This document shows, piece by piece, positions 46,024 through 59,300 of a stretch of DNA of 64,000 nucleotides; the first letter of the stretch is position 1, and each line of letters starts with the position of its first letter. This DNA comes from Phaeosaccion multiseriatum. Its lineage: Eukaryota; Protista; Ochrophyta, other classes. A program made the position numbers and the translations under genes. The notes under the pieces were generated by a model. That model saw only the letters and a list, made by a program, of their open reading frames with translations, was not told the origin of the DNA and made no database searches. The stretch is from contig OZ218950.1 in the NCBI GenBank assembly GCA_965112735.1, positions 2,728,001-2,792,000 on the forward strand, given 5' to 3'.

Positions 46024-46443
46024 TTATTCTCGTCTTGGAGCGTCGTCACTGCCCTCACCGCCCTTGGTCATGTAAGACACAACGTCGTCCAGGGGCACGG
46101 CGGTCTGCTCGCCTGTTGCGAGTTCCTTCACTGACACTTGCCCCTCTTTCCACTCGGAGGGAGCCACCAGAACTACGTACTTTGCGCCTGTGTGAGGAGG
46201 ACACGTCGGGACGGGAGGGGCAGCAAAGCGGGGGAAAGACAACAACAGCCGCAGCGGCAGCAGCAGCAGCGTAGCAGAAAGGAGAAGCAGCGGGTGTGAG
46301 CGCGTTTGTGGAGGGAGAGAGAAAGAGAGAGAGAAGGAAAGGACGGAGGAGTATATTCGGTCGGTTGTTGTCGCGGTGGCCGCACCACACCACAGTGCAA
46401 CCACCACTCACTCTCCGAGGCGATCAGCATGCTTCAAGGCACG

Positions 46444-46506
<63 letters not shown>

Positions 46507-49091
46507 ACCCAGGCGATCAGCGTGCTTGAAGACCCACTTGGGCTTCTTGCTCTCTAGCACCATGTCTACGGTCACCCCCGCTCTCCGAAGACGGGCTGCA
46601 ACAGCAGTGGCGTCTGCCTGCAGCTCCGCGCTGTATGCATACACGATGGTGGTGACGGGCTCTCCCAAGCGCGCTGGCAGGAGGTCCTTCTCCTTCAGCA
46701 GCTCCACAATGACGGCGTCGCCGAAGCCAAAGCCGCAGGCGGGCAGGGCCTGCAGCAGTTGGTGATACAGCAACAGATGTGATGGTGATGCAGCAGCAGC
46801 AGTTGGTGATACGTCAGCAGGGATTTGGGAGGCCGGGGGGGTTGGGGAGAGCTGGGTAGAGCTCTCTCTTTCTCTCGTTCTCACCTCTCCCCCGAAGGAC
46901 TCTAGAAGCTTATCGTAACGCCCCCCCCCGCACACGGCTCGCAGCACCCCCTGCCGGTCGAAGGCCTCAAACACAAGGCCGGTGTAGTAGGCAAGACCGC
47001 GCACCACAGAGGAATCAAACACGAGCCAATCTGCGTAACCGTACGTCTCCGCCAGTGAGAAGAGCTTCTTGAGGTCTAGGAGCACCTTGCTCTCACTCCC
47101 TAGGAGCTGTGTGTGGTATGTGGATGGTGTGTGTGTGTGGGTGTGTGTGCGTGTGTGTTGGACCACATGCATCCATTCCACCGCATAAGAGGAGTGACAC
47201 GAAACGAGGAGAGGAGAGGAGAGGGGTTGGTGAGAGACTCGCGAGGACGACGTGCCTCTCTCTCTCTCTCTCTCTCCCTCTCAGCACACCCAAATCTATG
47301 CAAGCAACACTATTAAGACTTAAAGACTTACCTCCTCTACAGCGGCAAGGTCTCTGAGCTTCAGCGTGTCGAGCAGCTTCTCTACTGTGGTGTTCTCGAG
47401 GCCTAGAGCCTCCATGTCCTGAGAAAGTGCCTGAAATCCATGAAAAGAGAGAGAGAGAGGGAGAGATATAGAAAGAGATTAGAGAGAGGGGGAGGGAATA
47501 GAGATTCAGAGAGAGACAGGGAGGCGTGTCGGTGCCCCTTCGACGAGAATGGCGCAGTATCTCCTTCGTACTGACGGTAGCCTCCTATCGGACCCGCAGC
47601 TCGAACGCTCCTTGTCTCGCGTTTGTGGTGCGACAGAAGTTGTAGGCAGGCAGGCAGGCAGGCAGAGACAAAGCGATGACGGCAGACACCTCAGTCACTC
47701 ACTCGGTCACTCATTCACTCACTCACTCACTCACTCACTCACTCACTCACTCACTCACTCACTCACTCACTCACTCACTCACACACTCACTCATTCACTC
47801 ACCTCAAGGGGCACTTTCTCAAGCTTGTCCACGAGCACACATGTCGCTGCGTGCTTGTCCTCCGGCACACCGAGGGAGGTGAGGATGCCCACCAGCACCC
47901 CTCTGCTGTTGACCTTGATACCCACATCCGCACTGGTCAACCCAACCCGTTCAAAGAAGGTCACCATGGCACCTAACAGCTCTGCCTCGGCCTCCACACC
48001 GCCCAGGCCCCAAATGTCCATGTTCCATTGGAAGTGCTCTCTCCGGCGTCCTCTGGTCATTCTCTCGTAGCGCCAGCACTGGGGAATGCTGAACCATTTG
48101 ACGGGCAGCGTCAGACCCTTCTTCTTGGCGAGTACCATACGCGCAAGGGATGGAGTCATTTCGGGCCGCAGAGACACAGGGCGGTCGCCCTTGTCCTTGA
48201 AGTTGTACAGCTGCTGCGTCACTTCCTCTCCCGATTTGCTGTTGTGGGGGGCGATGGTGATGGTGGGGGGAAGGGGATGGGAATTGACAATGGCAAATAT
48301 TGGCAGCAAAGGCAGTCGGCAATGGCGTGTTATGGTGGAGGAAAGATCACTGGATGGGTTGTGGGTGGTGCAAGGGGACTGAGAGGATTCACCTCGGACC
48401 CCGGGCCATGGACTTACCGTGTGTAGAGCTCCTCGCTCTCCAGTACGGGTGCGTCGTACTCCTCAAAGCCGTAGAGCTGAGCCACGGCCTTCCAGTGCCC
48501 AAAGAGCCTTGCGGTACACAGAGCAAGACGGGGGAGGAGGACAACAAGCGACTCAGCGAGGCGTACAGGCAACAACTAGAGGAGCCTCTCCCTCCCTCCC
48601 TCCTTTTGGGATCTCATATGCGACAGAGGGTCGAGGACATCCCACCCACCAAGGGCTACGCTGGCTCTTCCTCACCAATTCCTCAGCCGCATATCTTCTG
48701 GATAAAAGTCCCGTGTTCCCTTTGGAGGCTGCAAGTCAAGCTTTTGCTTCCCCTTTTTCCCGCCTCCTTTCCTGCTGTCACTGTTGGTCTGCTCTCCAGC
48801 TGCCTGCTGGACAGCTGCGCTGCTCCTCCCGCCACTCCCCGCCACTGCTGCTGTGCCCCCCCCTCCTTCTGCCTCTCCAGCCAGTGCCGAAGTGGACATT
48901 GTTCTCCATGTGTATCGCGCGCCCAGGCCGCCTGCCGCCTGCTGCGCTCGTGCATGCTCTCCTCCAGCCCTCCGAAGCCTTGTGGTGCTGCCCCTGCCGC
49001 CGCTCACTTGTACGAGGCGAAGCGCTGACGCCCCCCGCATACACACATTCATCGTTGTGATGCTACACAGAAGTAAGAAGACCTTCGCCAT
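46024..49091 (-). CDS. hisS: Histidine--tRNA ligase, organellar
   Basis: PPKGTRDFYP, LRPEMTPSLAR, RYERMTRGRRREHFQWNMD, VVRGLAYYTG..FE, GGGRYD, GFGFG. Signal-like N-terminus ending ASA|L. Multi-exon. Confidence 0.95.
47692..47801. repeat. (CACT)n microsatellite, intronic
   Basis: Tetranucleotide run. Confidence 0.9.
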
Positions 49092-49997
49092 GCTAAACCA
49101 AAAAAGGGAGGTGTGCGTGTTTGGAGGGAGAAGCCAAAGTGGCTCCTCGTTGACATATTCTTACCGGCTCGTATGCCTCTATATTCCTCGCGCTGCTCCT
49201 CTTCACGGGGGTCCAATTCTTTTTTTCTTTTCCCCCTTCTTTGGTGCACTTGTGTCAATCAAGAAAGTCCATTTTCTTTATCATTTTCTTTATGTGCCCT
49301 TGTGTGCTTCTATAGAAACGTTTTCTTTGAGTACAGTTTGTTTGTGTGAGTCTTCCTGTTTCTATTCCACTTCTGCACTCTCTTCTCCCCTCGTGATTAT
49401 TACTGTACACCCAAAGAGTTCCCGGGCTTCGGAAGAGAGACACGCTGCAGCTTTGTGACGTGGTGAATGAAGGTGGTGGTTTTACTGTAAGCAAACGCCC
49501 CGTATCTCTCGAAAATGCTTCACAAAAACTGTATATATTATGTTGGAGAGGGGATACGGGAAAGTTCGTATCGGGCTGCTCCTTATGACGCGTCTATGCA
49601 CCCATCCATCCTTTCACTTCCACCCTGCGCTATTTAACCATCTTCATTCTATTATTACACTCCTCCCCTCCCCGCCCCACACACTCTTGGCACACCACAA
49701 CCAAAGAATTTATATCGACCCCCCCCACCTCCTTGTACCCAAGAACAGAAGACAAGTGAAAAGGGCCGACGACTGTATACCCACACAGCCAAACATTCAT
49801 CTTGAAACCCACGACACAAACACACACACACACACAATCCAATCCATTGTCCAGTCCATTCATGACGACCAAGAATCAAATCAGAGTTCTGAGACACCCT
49901 CCCCCCACCCTCCATCCTCCCCACCACACAACCACGCCACTGTAGGGTCCAACGTCCTCCCCACCACACAATCAAACCTATGGTGGGGTCTGGACCA

Positions 49998-50595
49998 TCA
50001 CCAGGAAATGAGCTCGGAGACACTCCCAACCATCTCTGTGGGTGAGTCGAAATAGGAGTCCCAGTCTAGGCTGCTGCTCTTGTGAAGCTCCATCGAGGTC
50101 GCGCCGGCCTCCACAGGAAGTCCGTCGTCGAAAGCACTGTGTGTGCTGCTGAAGAGACTCTTGCTTCCACCGCCGCCGCTGCTGCCCTCCCTTGATCCGA
50201 TGAGCGGCCCGCTCATCAATTCTCGAATGTCGAACACCTCCACCATATTCGTCAGCTGAGCCACAAGATCGGTGGCAACAGACGGCGAGGAGGAGGTTCT
50301 GCTCGCCTTGGCAGGAGGAGGCGCCGCAACCCCCACAGGCAAGGCCCCTGCTGGAGGCGGAGGCGAGGCAAGGTCCATATCTGCTGAGCTTCTGCGCCGC
50401 GCGAAGCCGGGGATCAACGGAGAAATTGGAACGTCCATCTCCACTGAGCTCTTGCGCCGCGTGAGGGTGGAGAAGAAGGACCACTTCTCGACGGGGGGGG
50501 GCAGCGTGAGAGACACCTGCTGCTTGTGCTCCTGCTGCTGCTGGGGCACCTGTGGCTGCTGCTGCTGCTGCTGCTGGGGCACCTGTGGCTGCTGC

Positions 50596-50630
<35 letters not shown>

Positions 50631-51975
50631 CTCCAGAGGAATGCACGGGGCACATGGCTGCTGAAGAGGAATACACGGTGCCGGCGGCTGCTGCATGGGT
50701 AGCGGAAGCATATTCATCGCTGCCTCATAGCACTGCTGGTGCTCCCGTGCCCGCTGTTGCTGTTGCTGCTGGAGCTCGAGGTCCCGCTGGTGTTGCTGTT
50801 GTTGCTGCTCTTGCTGGAGCTGGAGCTCCCGCAATCGCAGCTGCTCCCGTTGGTCCTGTTTTGCCCCCCCCCCCCCCCTGCCAAACGTTGCCCCCTTGCC
50901 CTTACCAAATAACGACAACTTAGCGGCTTCCACAAAGCTTGCCGAGGGTGACCGTGGCTTCGGCGTGCTCTGCCACATCCGTCCCGTGTGCCCCCCCCCT
51001 CTCCTCTGCTCTTTGGATAAAAATCGGTCCAGAATACCCAGGCTGCTCTTGCGCCCGACAGCGGCAGCAGCAGCAGCAGCAGCAGCAGGAGGAGGAGGAG
51101 GAGGAGGGGGAGAAAGAGGAGGGAGAGGAGGTGGTGCCGATGCGGGCTCGACCTTGGGTAGGAAGGGGACGACGGTTGGTGTGGGGGGGCAAGCGTCCAC
51201 AACGGGAAGCATGTGTCGGGCTTGTGCGTAGGCTTCCGTCGGAGTGGTGAGCTTTTCGTCGTCCATCTTTTCGCGCCCGCTCCTCTCGTGCCTCTCGCAC
51301 TTCCTCTCAGATGCCTTGACGAGTGAGGGCACACCGGCCTTGTTCACGCGCTTCCTAACCTCTCTCTCCCTGCCACTACGCCCACTGCTGCCCGCACCTC
51401 CCTTTCTCGAAGCACCCTTTACCCGCGGGGCCGAGCAAAGGGCTCGCTGCTGCTGCTGCGGGCGGGGTGCAGGGCAATCGGCCACAGATCGCCGGACTCG
51501 GTAAAGCAATTCCGGCTCGTCTCGCCTGAAGCAATCGTGAGTGTATCCTGAGAGCACATGACAGGAACGGCGGGGGGGGGGGGTCAGTGTTTGCCCTTCC
51601 AACGGTACAATGCTTCCAGAACATGAACAGCATGAGCAGCACAGCACAGAACATCACCCCTCCCGCTCCCACCGATAGTTTCACCTCACACACACACCCC
51701 TCTCACGTACCGCCGGCATCCACTCCCTTGGACAGCTTCCTAAAGTTATAGAGGTTAAGCTGCCTCTGGAAGGAGGACATCTTGGAGTGCCTGTAGTACA
51801 CCGTGAGGATGTTCTCGCTAAAGTCCTGTACATCGTGCACGTGGAACACGGTACCGCTTCGGTTCCAGCCAATGACTTCGGGAGACTCCTTCTCCAAGAT
51901 CTCAAACAGCTTCTTGGCAAAGGCTTGAGGCGCCCCCCTCTTGCCGATACGAGGCAGGGGGGGGTGATTCATCAT
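49998..51975 (-). CDS. Heat shock factor (HSF-type DNA-binding domain) transcription factor
   Basis: FAKKLFEILE..IGWNRSGTVFHV..YYRHSKMSSFQRQLNLYNFRK..YTHDCFRRDEPELL; Gln-rich C-terminal region. Two coding exons. Confidence 0.93.
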
Positions 51976-52571
51976 CGCACGCCTGCTCCCATGACCCCGC
52001 CCACACGCCCCCGCCTCCTTTGTGCTTCGCTCCAGAGTGAGAATGGTTGAAACCCGAGTTTGGAACTGGCTCCCCTGCAAAGGGACAGGCAGAAGCAACG
52101 CACGCATGAGTTCAAGAGGGGGCAGAGAAAAAAAGTAGGCAGCAGCGTGAATCTCCGACGAACAAGGACAAAGCCCGTAGAGCCTTCTTCTTCCCCCACT
52201 CATCAAACCCTTCACGGGCCATGCCATGCATAGGACACTCGGCAAAGAGGCCATTTTTTTCCCTCCCTCAGTCTCCGTTGGCGTGTGGCACGGGTCCAGT
52301 ACGCTTTCGTTTCAAGCTTCCGCGTCTCCCTTTTCTTCTCACCTTTTCCGTCCCTAGCCTTCCTTCCTTCCACCCTAGAGGTCTTACTCTCTGTGTGCTG
52401 CCACTGGCCCTTCTAATGTTGCGTCGAAAGTGCTTCTTCTTTTGCCCAGGCTCTCAACAAGGAAATTCCCCCCGGGGTGGACGTTTGTCAGAAACAAAAG
52501 TTGGGTATCCGTTTATTGAACCCCAAGCAGCTCTACCTGCAGCGGCGATTCAATTTTTTTTATAGCTCGCC

Positions 52572-53791
52572 ATGCTCTCCTTCGGAGGCGCACCGGCTCC
52601 GGCTGGTCCTGCTGCTGGTGCGACTTCTGCGCCTGCTCAGCCAGGAGGCCTTTCTACGATAACAGAAGAGCCTGGGAGCGCCACAGGGAGTCTTGTTTCA
52701 CTGGGAGGATCGAGTGCTGCCATTGGTGCTGGGGCGCCCCCTTCTGCTGCTCGTCCTGCCGCAGCTTCAGATGTGGGTCCTCCCTTCGAGCCATTCGCAG
52801 ACGCAGGCAAGCTCAAGTTCCTTATGGACGATGTGATCATCTGCGAGAGCCTGGAGGGAGAGTGCTACTCGGACGAGCAAGTGGCTGAGCTGTTGGGGCC
52901 AGACAGCGAGCTGGATCGGAGGCTGACCAAGCTCTTGGCCTACTACGGACCGCCTTCCGAACAGTCTGCGCAGAAGCTGAGAGAAGGCAGGGTTGCTCAC
53001 TGCGTGGGTGCCAAGGTGCGGTGGGAAGGAAAAGGACGAGGTGTGGCCTACAATCGGGGTCGGAGGGGGGAGGGGGGAGAGTTTTGCCCTATCGGAACTG
53101 CATCAACGTAACGACTACTCTATCGACTACTCTTATCCTCGCCTTTCAGCTCACACAATTGCCCGACATGCGTCTCTACAAACAGGAGACCAGGCTGCCC
53201 GGGCGAGCGGCGCAGCGGGATTTCTGCGAGCACCTGTCCCTTGTGCTCTCCCTGGACCAAGTGCAGGCCGTGCAGCTTCTGCATCTGTACATGAAGAAGC
53301 GGCACAGCACGCAGAGCTACAACTTCAACTACCTTTCGCCGGCTCTCTTCTCCGAGGTGCGGGAGTGCTACTATCGGCAGAGGACGGCGCTGCTGCGCGT
53401 GGTGCAGAAGCTATTCAAGTACGATCAGAGCAAGACCCACAAGTACTACCCGCATGTGCGTGCGTGTCTAGACAGGCACCAGAGCGCCATGCTGCAGGTG
53501 CTGTGCGACGAGCTCTTGAGGCTGCACAGCGACCAGAGCCTGCCCGCCGGCTTCCTTGAGCAGCAGCAGCGGCGGCAGCAGGAAGGGGAGGCCATCGGGG
53601 GGCGGGCCACCAAGACCCACCACGTGAGCGAGGCCGCCGTCCAGGCACACCGCACCCGCTGGGCGCAGCAGAACCTCAGCGAGATGGTGGACACGGCGGA
53701 GGCGCTGCTGCTGTTCGTGTTCGAGCGATGCACTTGCAGCATGGAGGAGCTGCAGCGAGTTCTGTTCGTTATCGCCAAGGTCACCAGGTAA

Positions 53792-53825
<34 letters not shown>

Positions 53826-53864
53826 CATAGAGAGAGTTTGTGTGTGTGTGTATGTGTGTGTGTA

Positions 53865-53897
<33 letters not shown>

Positions 53898-56002
53898 TCT
53901 GGAGAGAGTTTGTGTGTGCATGTGTGTGCGTGTGTGTGCGGGCGCGTGTGTGTGTAACTCATTCCCCCTCCCTCTCCCTATCGCCCCCCTGCCCGCCCCG
54001 CCTGTCGCAGAGGTAGCAGCAGCAGAACCTGGGGCATCAACATGCAGGGAGGAGCCACAGCAGCGGCGGCGGCAGCGGCGGCAGCAGCAGCGGCGGCAGC
54101 GGCACCCCTCAGAACCCCTCTCGGCGGTCCGGTGCAGCACAAGCTCATCTTGGTGGGGCTGTCAGTTTTGCAGCTTCGCACCTTGACCGGACAGAAGGAG
54201 GATTCCGACGCTGATGGCAGCCAACGGCAAGACCACCACCCCCTCTTTCTTATGCAGGAGGACCAACAGCAGCAGCAGCAGCAACCCCTCCTGTCGAGCG
54301 TGCACGACTTGATCTGCAGGCAGTTCCTGGACTCAGAGGCAGGGGCCCTCGCCGTACTGGGGCTGGCTTGGGGGCTCTTTCTACGTCTCGGCAGCGCGTG
54401 GTTTCCCTCCCACTTCGAACAGTGGATGCCGGACTGCGAAGATGCGCAAGTCATCATGCACGCAAATAATGTAACCGACTGCATGGGAGCCTTGCAGACA
54501 GTGCTCAAGAGTGAGGGTATCGGCGAGTGGTGGGGCGTGGCTAGTGGCGGGGGGGGGGGCGGCGTGGCGGCAGGGAGTCGCTTTGCCCTGAGCCAGACGC
54601 AAGCCGCGCGCCACCTCTTTTGGCTAGACTCGGCGGCTGCTGATGGCGGCAACGTGGATGATGATGGTGATGCTGATGGGCCGGGGGGGGGTGCACAGCA
54701 GCAGTCCGTGGCGCCCCACATCGCTGTGGAAGTGGTGCTGGCCGTGGTGAAGTGTCTGTTCGTTGGGGTGGAGGAGGGGAGGCAGCCCAAGCCGCCATTG
54801 CACCCGCCTACAAGTCTGGGGGCAGTGCTGGACGTGGAGCTGCTCGTGCCTGTGCTGGCGGCCGCGTTCACGGCAAAGCCGGCCTTGCACACCCACCACA
54901 GACTGTTGGTGGAGTTCTTTTTTAAAGAGGGTTTAGGGGGCTCGAGCAGTAGACAGCCCACCACCGAAGGAGGAGGAGGAGGAGGAGGAGGAGCTGGTGC
55001 CCTGGTGCAGGCAAGGGTGGGAGGAGGCCCTGCCCAGCTGCAAACAGTGCTGTTGGACTCTTGTCTTTTGCTCTTCCCATGGAGGTGCACGTCCACTCTT
55101 GATGTAAGTAAGCACGGAGTCAGGAAGTAGTGAGCCGTGGTGTGGTGTGGTGTGGTGTGGTGTGGAGGTGGTGTGCCCAACGCTCCCTCTGCTTTGTGGG
55201 TTTTCTTCTTTCGACTTTACTTTCCCTTCCTTCCTTCTTCGTCTTGCCTCTGGCCTTGCCGTGCGAACCTCTTGTTCTCCTCATCCCTTCAACACACTGC
55301 CTACACTGCCTGTGTGTATGTGTGTGCGTATTGCGAACCTCTTGTCCTCCTCATCCCTTCAACACACTGCCTACACTGCCTGTGTGTATGTGTGGGCGTA
55401 TTGCGAACCTCTTGTCCTCCTCATCCCTTCAACACACTGCCTACACTGCCTACACTGCCTGTGTGTGTGTGTGTGGTGTGTGCGTGTTGGTTGTATGTCA
55501 CCTCCGTGTCCCCTCCGCGCATGCCGTGCTGTGCTCTCTCTCTCCTCTCTCACCCCTTTCACCCGTCCAATTATCGGCTCTCTCTCCGTCTCCTCCATCT
55601 CTCTCTTCCTCTCTCTCTCCCTCTCCCTCTCTACTCTATCCCTCTCTCTCTCTCTCTCTCTCTCACGCACTCTCTCCCTGAGCAGCTGCTGAGCTCCTTG
55701 GTGGTGGATCGGCTGTCTGCAGGATACACCATGAGTCTACTGCAGGAGTGGGGCTATGCACCCAATACGCAGCGCTTCACCACCACCCTTCCTCTGCAGG
55801 GAGAGGGCAGTGTCTGGAGATACGCAACAGCAGCAACAGCAGCAGCATCAGGCGCACGTTCCGATTCCGTTGGTTCGGATTCCGTAGCTGTCGAGCTTTG
55901 TCGGGATTTTCAGTGCACTCTCTCAGGGGAGACACTCGCGGCTGGCACCGTCGGGACGGTCTTGGGGACTCGTCCAGTGAGCGGGATGGGGCAGGGGCAA
56001 CA

Positions 56003-56040
<38 letters not shown>

Positions 56041-56314
56041 GGCAGGGGCAAGGAGGAGGAGAGGGAGGCGGAGCAGGGGTTGAAGGTGTGCTCGTGGTGC
56101 GCTTTGCCCACCGGTACTGTATGCTCGCGGTGATCAAGCACCGACTGAGCTTCCTTGCAGACAATGGGTCTTTGCAGCAGCTCGGGAGGAGTGGTGCGAG
56201 CTTGAGTCAAGAGGTGGGCACCGACGCCTATCTTGACTCGCTCAGGGAGGGACACATGGGCATCAAGATTTTGAAGAGGTGAGAGAGGGAGAAAGAGAGA
56301 GGAGAAAGAGAGAG

Positions 56315-56356
<42 letters not shown>

Positions 56357-59300
56357 TTTGGGAGAGGGGGGGGAGAGGGGCAGGGGGGAGGGAGGGGGGG
56401 GGGGGGGGCGAGAAAGTGCCAAGTGAGGGCGAGGGATAGACGTCTTGATGCACCACAGGGGCTCCGTGACCCCAGCCCCAGGGGACAAGAGCAAGGTCAA
56501 GTCTTGCTACACTGTTACACCTTTGTACAATCTTGAAAGCACTCGACGTTTCGGGGCGGAGCTGCGTCTTGCCGACCGCCCAAACTCGTTGACTGCCACG
56601 TCCAATGTCTGTCTGTCTCTCAATCTCCCTCCCCTCCCCTCCCCTCCCCTCCCACTCTCTCTCCCCTCTCCAGTATCTTCTCGCACAACCCTGCCTTGGC
56701 CACCGTCTTTGGGAAGGACTCTTTGCGAGCAGAGACACATAATTTTCTGAAACGGCAAGGGAAGGAGTATCTATCCGAGTCACTCCTCTCTCACAGGAAG
56801 CTCACTCTGATCGAGCTGAGGTCTCTATCTGACGCGGAGCTGCTTAGGCTTGGGCTACAGAGTAGGCCTCCTCCTGTCTTGGCCTTCCATGACTGGCTGC
56901 TGGCGCTGCTGCTGCACTTTGTTACCGTGCTCTTTCCCCAGGTACAGCAGCAGCAGCAGCAGCAGGAGGAGGAGGAGGGGGAGGAGGAGGAGGGAGAGGA
57001 GGGGGAGGAGGGGGAGGAGGAGGAGGAGGGAGAGGAGGAGGAGGGGGAGGAGGAGGGAGGGAGGAGGAGGAAGAGGAGGAGGAGGAGGAGGAGGAGGAGG
57101 AGGAGGAGGAGGAGGAGGAGGAGGAGGAAGAACGCCTCCCTCCCGTGTATAGCCAACCGCTCGTCTCTTCCCCGACCCCCACCCCATCCTACCCCATCCC
57201 ACCCCACCTCACCCCACCCCACGCCGTGCTCCCTTAACAACCAAACAGATAACCACCGCTGGGACTGGCACCGCTGGCAGCGGCCCCCACCAACTCCTCG
57301 GGAGGAGAAGCGAGGCCGAGGCCGCAGACGCACGCACCGGCATTGTCAGGACTGCTCTGCAACTCATGTCGAGTTTGTGCAGCAGGGCGGCTCCTGCTCC
57401 CTGGCCAGGAGCAGTACTTGACGCGGTGGCGGGCAACGGGGTGGGAGGGACCATCTCGTCGTCGTCGGATCACAAGTCACTCATCAATCAGTGCCGCAAG
57501 GTACGTACGTATGTACGTGTGTGTACGTTTGTGTGTACGTATCTTATCTCATCTCATCTTACATAATTCCTTGCTGTTTGCTTGCGCGCTTACCATCCAT
57601 CCATCCATCCATCCATGGCCCCATCGTCCCCTTCCCTCCCCTCCCAACCGTACTACCAACAGGTCAAGGAGATGGAGTGCCAGAGTGGCAATCTGCCCAT
57701 CACATCGGCCGCTCTGGACCTGTTCGGTGCCGTCATCGCGCACCTCAGCCGGCCCGCTGCACGCATCGACCTGAGGGCAGCCTTTGCGCCCTTCCCCGCC
57801 TTGGCCGGTCCTGGCCAAGCCTATGCCAACGGCACCAACAGCTCGAGCCCCTGTCAGAAGCCGAGGCAAAGGCCCACCGAGAGGCGCCTCCGTGGGGGAG
57901 AGTTCAGCTCTGCTTTGGCTGACATGGGCTACCATCTGTCTGCTCAGGTGAGTTTTGAGTTGAGAGTGTGCTGCGATTAGGCGGTTGTTGTAGAGGGAAA
58001 TGATTTGTAGAGGGAGGCAATGTAACAAAATTATATATTATATATTATATATGTATATATTATATGTCCTTGTCTCAATTGTCCTGTTTGTTTGTTTGTT
58101 GGCTCTCTGTGGACTTGTTTAGAGAGGGTCTATTATAGACTGAAACGAAAGTGTGGATGGCGGATGGGATGGAAGGCAATGGCAGTGGATGGCAGTCGAT
58201 GAGGGGCGGAGGGTAGCAGGGAGAGGGTAACAGAAGGATATTCGATGTTCGATGTTCGATGTCTCATTGGTGTTGGGTGTATACGGCCTTAAAACCTCAA
58301 ACTGCCCCCGTGTCTCTTTCCTGTCTATGTCTAGGCCGTGCATCTTCTCTTTTCCCTGGCAGCAGCTCACGCGTTGCCCGGCCCCTCTTCCTCCTCTTCC
58401 GACCGGGATGGAGGGGAGGCAATGGACGAGAGTGATGGTCTTAGAATCAGCAGCACCAGAGCTCTCACAGTTGGCGATAGCGGCGGTGGAGAGGGCAGGG
58501 AGGTGAAAGAGGGTACCCTCTCTTACAGCGATCTCATGACCCTTGCACTGCACTTCGAGGCGGGAGGGAGCAGCATGCTCGAGCAGCAGCAGCAGCAGTT
58601 GGTGATACAGCAGCAGCAGCAGCAGCAACCGCCGCGAGGCAGCGCGGCTGGGGCTAGGGGAGTTGGGGTCGCGAGCAGCAGCGTTAGGCACGAGTTGGGC
58701 ACACTATTCAAGCGACTCGTGTACCCAGAAGGCAGCCGATGGGAGAGGGAGCAGCGCTTACGCCTGGGCCAAGAGCTCATCGACTTTGTGTGTGGAGCTG
58801 TGCCCGACTTGGAGGGGAGTCGGAGCAGCGTCAGTATGAGTGTCAGTGTCACCATCCGCGGGCGGCGGTGGAGTGTGCTTACCAAGGCCCTTCTTATCAT
58901 CCGCATGCTGCTAGCCCGGCCGCTGTGTGTCGCCTCGGCAGATACCGTTCCCAGAGGAGGGAGGAGAGGGCGAGGAGAGCAGGGAGGAGGAGGCGGCGGG
59001 GGTGCTGGAGCCGGCACAAGCACCGCAGGCAGCGATAGTGGTGGTGGTGGTGGTGGTGGTGGTGGTGGTGGTGGTGGGGTGGTGGGTATGTCTGGGACTG
59101 GCGGCTGGGGGGCGGGAGCAAGAGTCCCCCAGCAGTCCAGTGGAGGCGGGGGAGGAGGGGGCTACGGCTTCGGTGCACATGGACACTCGGGCGGCGTCAG
59201 TAGCGACAAGGGGGACGCGCCCTTGTGGACGGGCGGTGTCAGTAACCCTTGGCTTGGGGGGGAGAGAGTGGGGCCAGCATCAGGGACAGGAGCAGGGGGA

